A stretch of 63,458 nucleotides of DNA, filler included, from Lenisia limosa (lineage: Eukaryota > Protista > Breviatea): NCBI GenBank assembly GCA_001655205.1. It is 12 parts of 12 records of this genome, joined end to end, with 100 filler letters (N's around TTAATTAATTAA, not from the genome) between each part and the next. Parts side by side here need not be neighbours in the genome. Positions count along the whole stretch, not along the records: positions 59,807 to 62,319 come from LPNZ01004566.1; positions 62,420 to 63,458 come from LPNZ01002874.1; 10 more parts are not named here. One strand, given 5' to 3'. Of the stretch, positions 59,930 to 63,458 are shown one piece after another. Each line of letters starts with the position of its first letter. The stretch's first letter is position 1. The notes below the pieces were generated by a model. That model worked only from the letters and a program-made list of their open reading frames with translations. It had not been told where the DNA came from and ran no database searches. The position numbers and the translations under genes are program-made.

Positions 59930-62320
59930 AACACTTTAGGCCCATGTCCCCCATGCCTTGTTATGGCCACTAAAAAGTGCTTCTGTGGCAAGGTGAGTGC
60001 TTTTGTGGACTCTCCTATAATACTGTAATATGATATCTTGTACCTACAAACATGTCTAAGTCTAAATGAATAATAGTATCAACGTGCTTCAACTTGATTA
60101 ATTTCTTATTATGTACCTTACCAGCTAACCATCCTTGCTCCTCTCATCATGTTTCTACATATTTTTTCACCCCTCCCCCTCCAGACATCCTACCGAATCG
60201 GATGCTCAGCAAAAGACGTCGGTAAAAGCTGTCACCAAAGGTAGGGTATATTGTAACCTTGGAAAGTGTTGACCGATGGACTATTATCATCTCTATAATG
60301 CATAGTGTATAAATTGTGATATATATTTCAAGACTTAACCCCACATTCAGATGCGGAAAGACTCTCAGATGTGGTCATGTTTGCTCCTCTATATGTCACG
60401 CAGGCCCTTGCAAGCCGTGCGGAAGGGAAAATACCTGGTTGGTTAGGGGTGAAAAATGTCAGAGCTTCAGTTTCGGTTACAAAAGACCGGTAAAATATCA
60501 ATATTTATCGAGGGTATGGTACCGAAACTGAAGCTCTAAACAATATGGGGTAACCAGCCGTATTGGAGGCGAAATAACTTGCTTTTGACTCAAAACCCCA
60601 TTATACAATTACAGTGGCAAGTCCCGACTGATTGTCCTTTGTATACCAAATTGGTCCAGACTTACAAAAATCACTTATTAATTCTAATAGGTCATGTTAC
60701 TGTCACTCTTCATCCAAGGCTCTACCTTGCGGGGAAGAAAACGAGGACGGAAACGCTTCACTGGGTGAGATCCGTGAGTAGTAGTGCTTTACGTTTGCTT
60801 CTGTTGAATTATCTTAACAGAGCATTGTTATTTTCGTTTTCATTCGTCTCTACCTTCTCCTCCTTGACTTCATTCACATTTCCAGAGCCGTTTCAACGAG
60901 CACACATTCGCCAGCATTTCGGCGAGGGACTTAGTACCGATGTCTCTTCCTTTGTCAAATGCCAAGGTGGGGGGGGGGGGTGTCAGTAGTTGTTGAAGAG
61001 CCTCGATCTTTTCTTGTATTACTTGATTACTTGATATTTTATGAAGTTTGCCTGACTTTATTAGCCGCAACGACTGAGACATTACGAGATTGGGAGTCGT
61101 GGAGAGTCAGTAAAACTCAATTGAAGGTCTGTTTTGGAGATACTTGTTTTTCGGTTCCTACAAAAGGGTGTAATTCTTATATCAAATAAGACAATTTCCA
61201 TGATTATGAAGCGAAGGGATTTAAAACTAATCGATAAATCATTTGAAAAATCGAAATTGTCACCGAAATGAAACTTGGAAGTAATCCACTCACCCTACCT
61301 ACAGTCGCAACGAAAGAAGAACGCCACGCCCGCCCCCACNNNNNNNNNNNNNNNNNNNNNNNNNNNNNNTTGGGACGTGCCCATAACGGCCCTCTTGCCG
61401 ACTCTTCGGGGAGCAAATCGGTTTGGATGATGGGAGGGGGGGGTGCTACAATAATTTTTTACAAACAATTTTAAAATATTTTGTGTTTCACTCACGTATC
61501 TTTTTTCTATTTTCTTTGGCTTTAAATTGCACTTTTGATGAATTTTGTCTTTTGCTGTAATTGAAAGGGGGTCAATGCTAAAGTGGCCATTATATTCCCT
61601 CCACCCATCATTTTACCAACTTATTTGCTTAGAGTTTGGGTGGATGGTGCGCCGACAGACACAGCTGAAGCCAATGGAGCAACTCGCTTTGAGACGTTTG
61701 ACCCTTTGGTGAGGTTGGATAACATGTACACGCAACATTATTTTCTGGATCTATTTTTTTTTTTCTTCATATTGTGCCTCCTTTTATTGATTTACCTCCG
61801 TTTGAAGTTTGATGCGTTCATTCAAGTCTGCGCAATATCATAATTATACATGCTCCCACACTAAGTTTACCCATCTTATACTTGGAACAAACTAGAGTCG
61901 TAACCACCATTACACATCTTTTAAAACAAGAAACTCCCTTTCCCCATGTTTTCTGTTGATGATAAGGAACCTATTAATCAACAAGAGACTGGAAAGTGGG
62001 AAAGTGAGACGAATAATACTAATAGGACATTGTTGTGTCGTCTGCATAGTAGAGCCGCTGTGTTTATGAGTGATTGGTTATGACCATGTAAAAAATTGAC
62101 AGTTTATCATTTAAGCGAGTACTTATCGGTGTGGAGAGTATTTACGTTCATGAATGATGATTCCTCGTTTTGTTGTTTTTCTAATAAAGAGTTATCGATA
62201 TCTCTTTTTTTTTCTTATTTCAACACGCTTAGCGTCATTTTTCCGTTGTTGTGTACATTAACAATTGTCTCATTCCAAGATATTCTGCAATACTCTTGGA
62301 ATCCTGAATTAACCCCTCGN
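59930..62320 (+). CDS. NF-X1-type zinc-finger protein fragment (extent beyond ~60800 uncertain)
   Basis: GPCPPCLVMATKKCFCGK and RCGKTLRCGHVCSSICHAGPCKPC are NF-X1 finger motifs. Confidence 0.65.
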
Positions 62321-62650
62321 NNNNNNNNNNNNNNNNNNNNNNNNNNNNNNNNNNNNNNNNNNNTTAATTAATTAANNNNNNNNNNNNNNNNNNNNNNNNN
62401 NNNNNNNNNNNNNNNNNNNCCCCCCCCCCGCTCTAAATATTGAACCATTTTGTCTTTCTTATAAATAACATTGTTATTATAAATGGGCCATTTGCCAAGA
62501 GGATAACATTACAATTTGTTCCTTTCACTCCTCTCGCTTTATACTATATCGATATATAGTATAGCTAGTAGATAGATTTATTACATCCCCATTTCCGCTT
62601 TTGATAATCTAACATCCCCATTTCCGCTTTTGGTAATCTAATATCTCTAG

Positions 62651-63352
62651 TTCCGCTTTTGGTAATTGTCGACGCCATCAATCAAATTGATGCAGAAGCT
62701 GGCCAGGCTCCAGATCTTTCCTGGCTTCCAACATCTTTGCCTGATAACGTGTGGAGTGAGGGTCTCATTACAAAAGGAATTCAGTTCACACCTATTTTTT
62801 TTACAAAAAAAGTATCTTTCAACATTAGTATATTACATACATATATCCTTGGACTGGTGTTGAGTTCAATTGTCTTTGTTTGTCTTATTTGCCTCTTCTT
62901 TTATATGCCTTTTTACAGATTACGTGGTTTGACAGGTTTTCAATATTAGGGCAATACTTCACCAAAACCGTGAGATTACGTGGGGGTTTTTCATGTTTTT
63001 AGTTTTGTTTGTTTCTCTAATGTTTCGCTGGGGGTTTTGTTGTTACATATTATTACTTTTTTCCTTTTCATTTCAATAATTGAACTCCCCCCCCCCCAGG
63101 TTACAATGCTAGTTTCCACTCTTGTTGGTCCGGTTCTTGACGCCCTTCAACTGGTGCTGCCTGAGGCTAAACAGGTTGGGGAATGGGGATGGAGAAATAT
63201 GTCATGATGGTGTGACTGGTATTTCTGTTTTAATACAATCTTGATTCAAGGATATAATGCCTTTAGACACACATTGGACTGCTGACTGACGAAGAGAGAA
63301 AAGACCTAGTGAGACTGACCCTGATGCGCTATAGAAAGAGGCTTGATGAGAG
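62651..63352 (+). CDS. NACHT NTPase fragment, TEP1/NPHP3/NWD-like
   Basis: PLLVIVDAINQID (Walker B) ...DLSWLPTSLPDNV|TMLVSTL ...GLLTDEERKDLVRLTLMRYRKRLDE resembles the TEP1-type NACHT region. Confidence 0.65.
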
Positions 63353-63458
63353 TGATGGTTTGGGGGGGGGTTATGGTTTAGATTATAATAAGATGGAGTT
63401 GGTGGAGGGGTATGGTTTAGATTATAATAAAGAGATGTGGAGGGGTATGGATAAGGAG

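Noticed and set aside
3599-62375. Recurring TTAATTAATTAA palindrome as a biological motif
   Set aside because: Always centred in exactly 44+44 N; it is a six-frame-stop assembly spacer.
1-63458. Most ORFs in the supplied track, including X-filled ORFs and Pro/Gly runs
   Set aside because: They run through introns, N gaps or G/C homopolymers; real genes are split into short exons.
1-63458. tRNA, rRNA, snoRNA genes, telomeric repeats, intact transposase or retroelement ORFs
   Set aside because: None recognisable by eye; tRNAscan-SE/Infernal would be needed to exclude small RNAs.

Overview
Intron-dense eukaryotic draft sequence from a flagellated protist-like organism (BBS8 and CFAP70 present; species not identifiable from sequence alone). 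The window is 12 contigs/scaffolds stitched with an artificial 100-nt spacer (N44-TTAATTAATTAA-N44), so only within-contig adjacency is trustworthy. The ORF track is mostly uninformative because exons are about 20-150 nt; genes were reconstructed by manual splicing and recognised from memory of protein families, with no database search. The largest scaffold (7108-30640) carries POLA1, a PX-domain protein, DPH5, a bacterial-type hybrid peroxiredoxin-glutaredoxin with a mitochondrial-like presequence and 10 introns, a PLB1-like GDSL lipase, an M6PR/ATG27-like receptor, NOA36/ZNF330, an LMW-PTP and AMPK-gamma. Smaller contigs carry Mei2-like, ESF2/ABT1, two Cys-rich repeat proteins, a DUF11-like repeat protein, CFAP70, BBS8, a DM14-repeat protein, an NF-X1 zinc-finger protein and a NACHT (TEP1-like) fragment. 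The most notable signals are the likely bacteria-derived Prx-Grx hybrid and an unusual intron biology: G-runs after donors and C-runs before acceptors, a dispersed sense-only repeat that supplies 3' splice sites in unrelated genes, repeated stuttering duplications across splice sites, and several MITE families.
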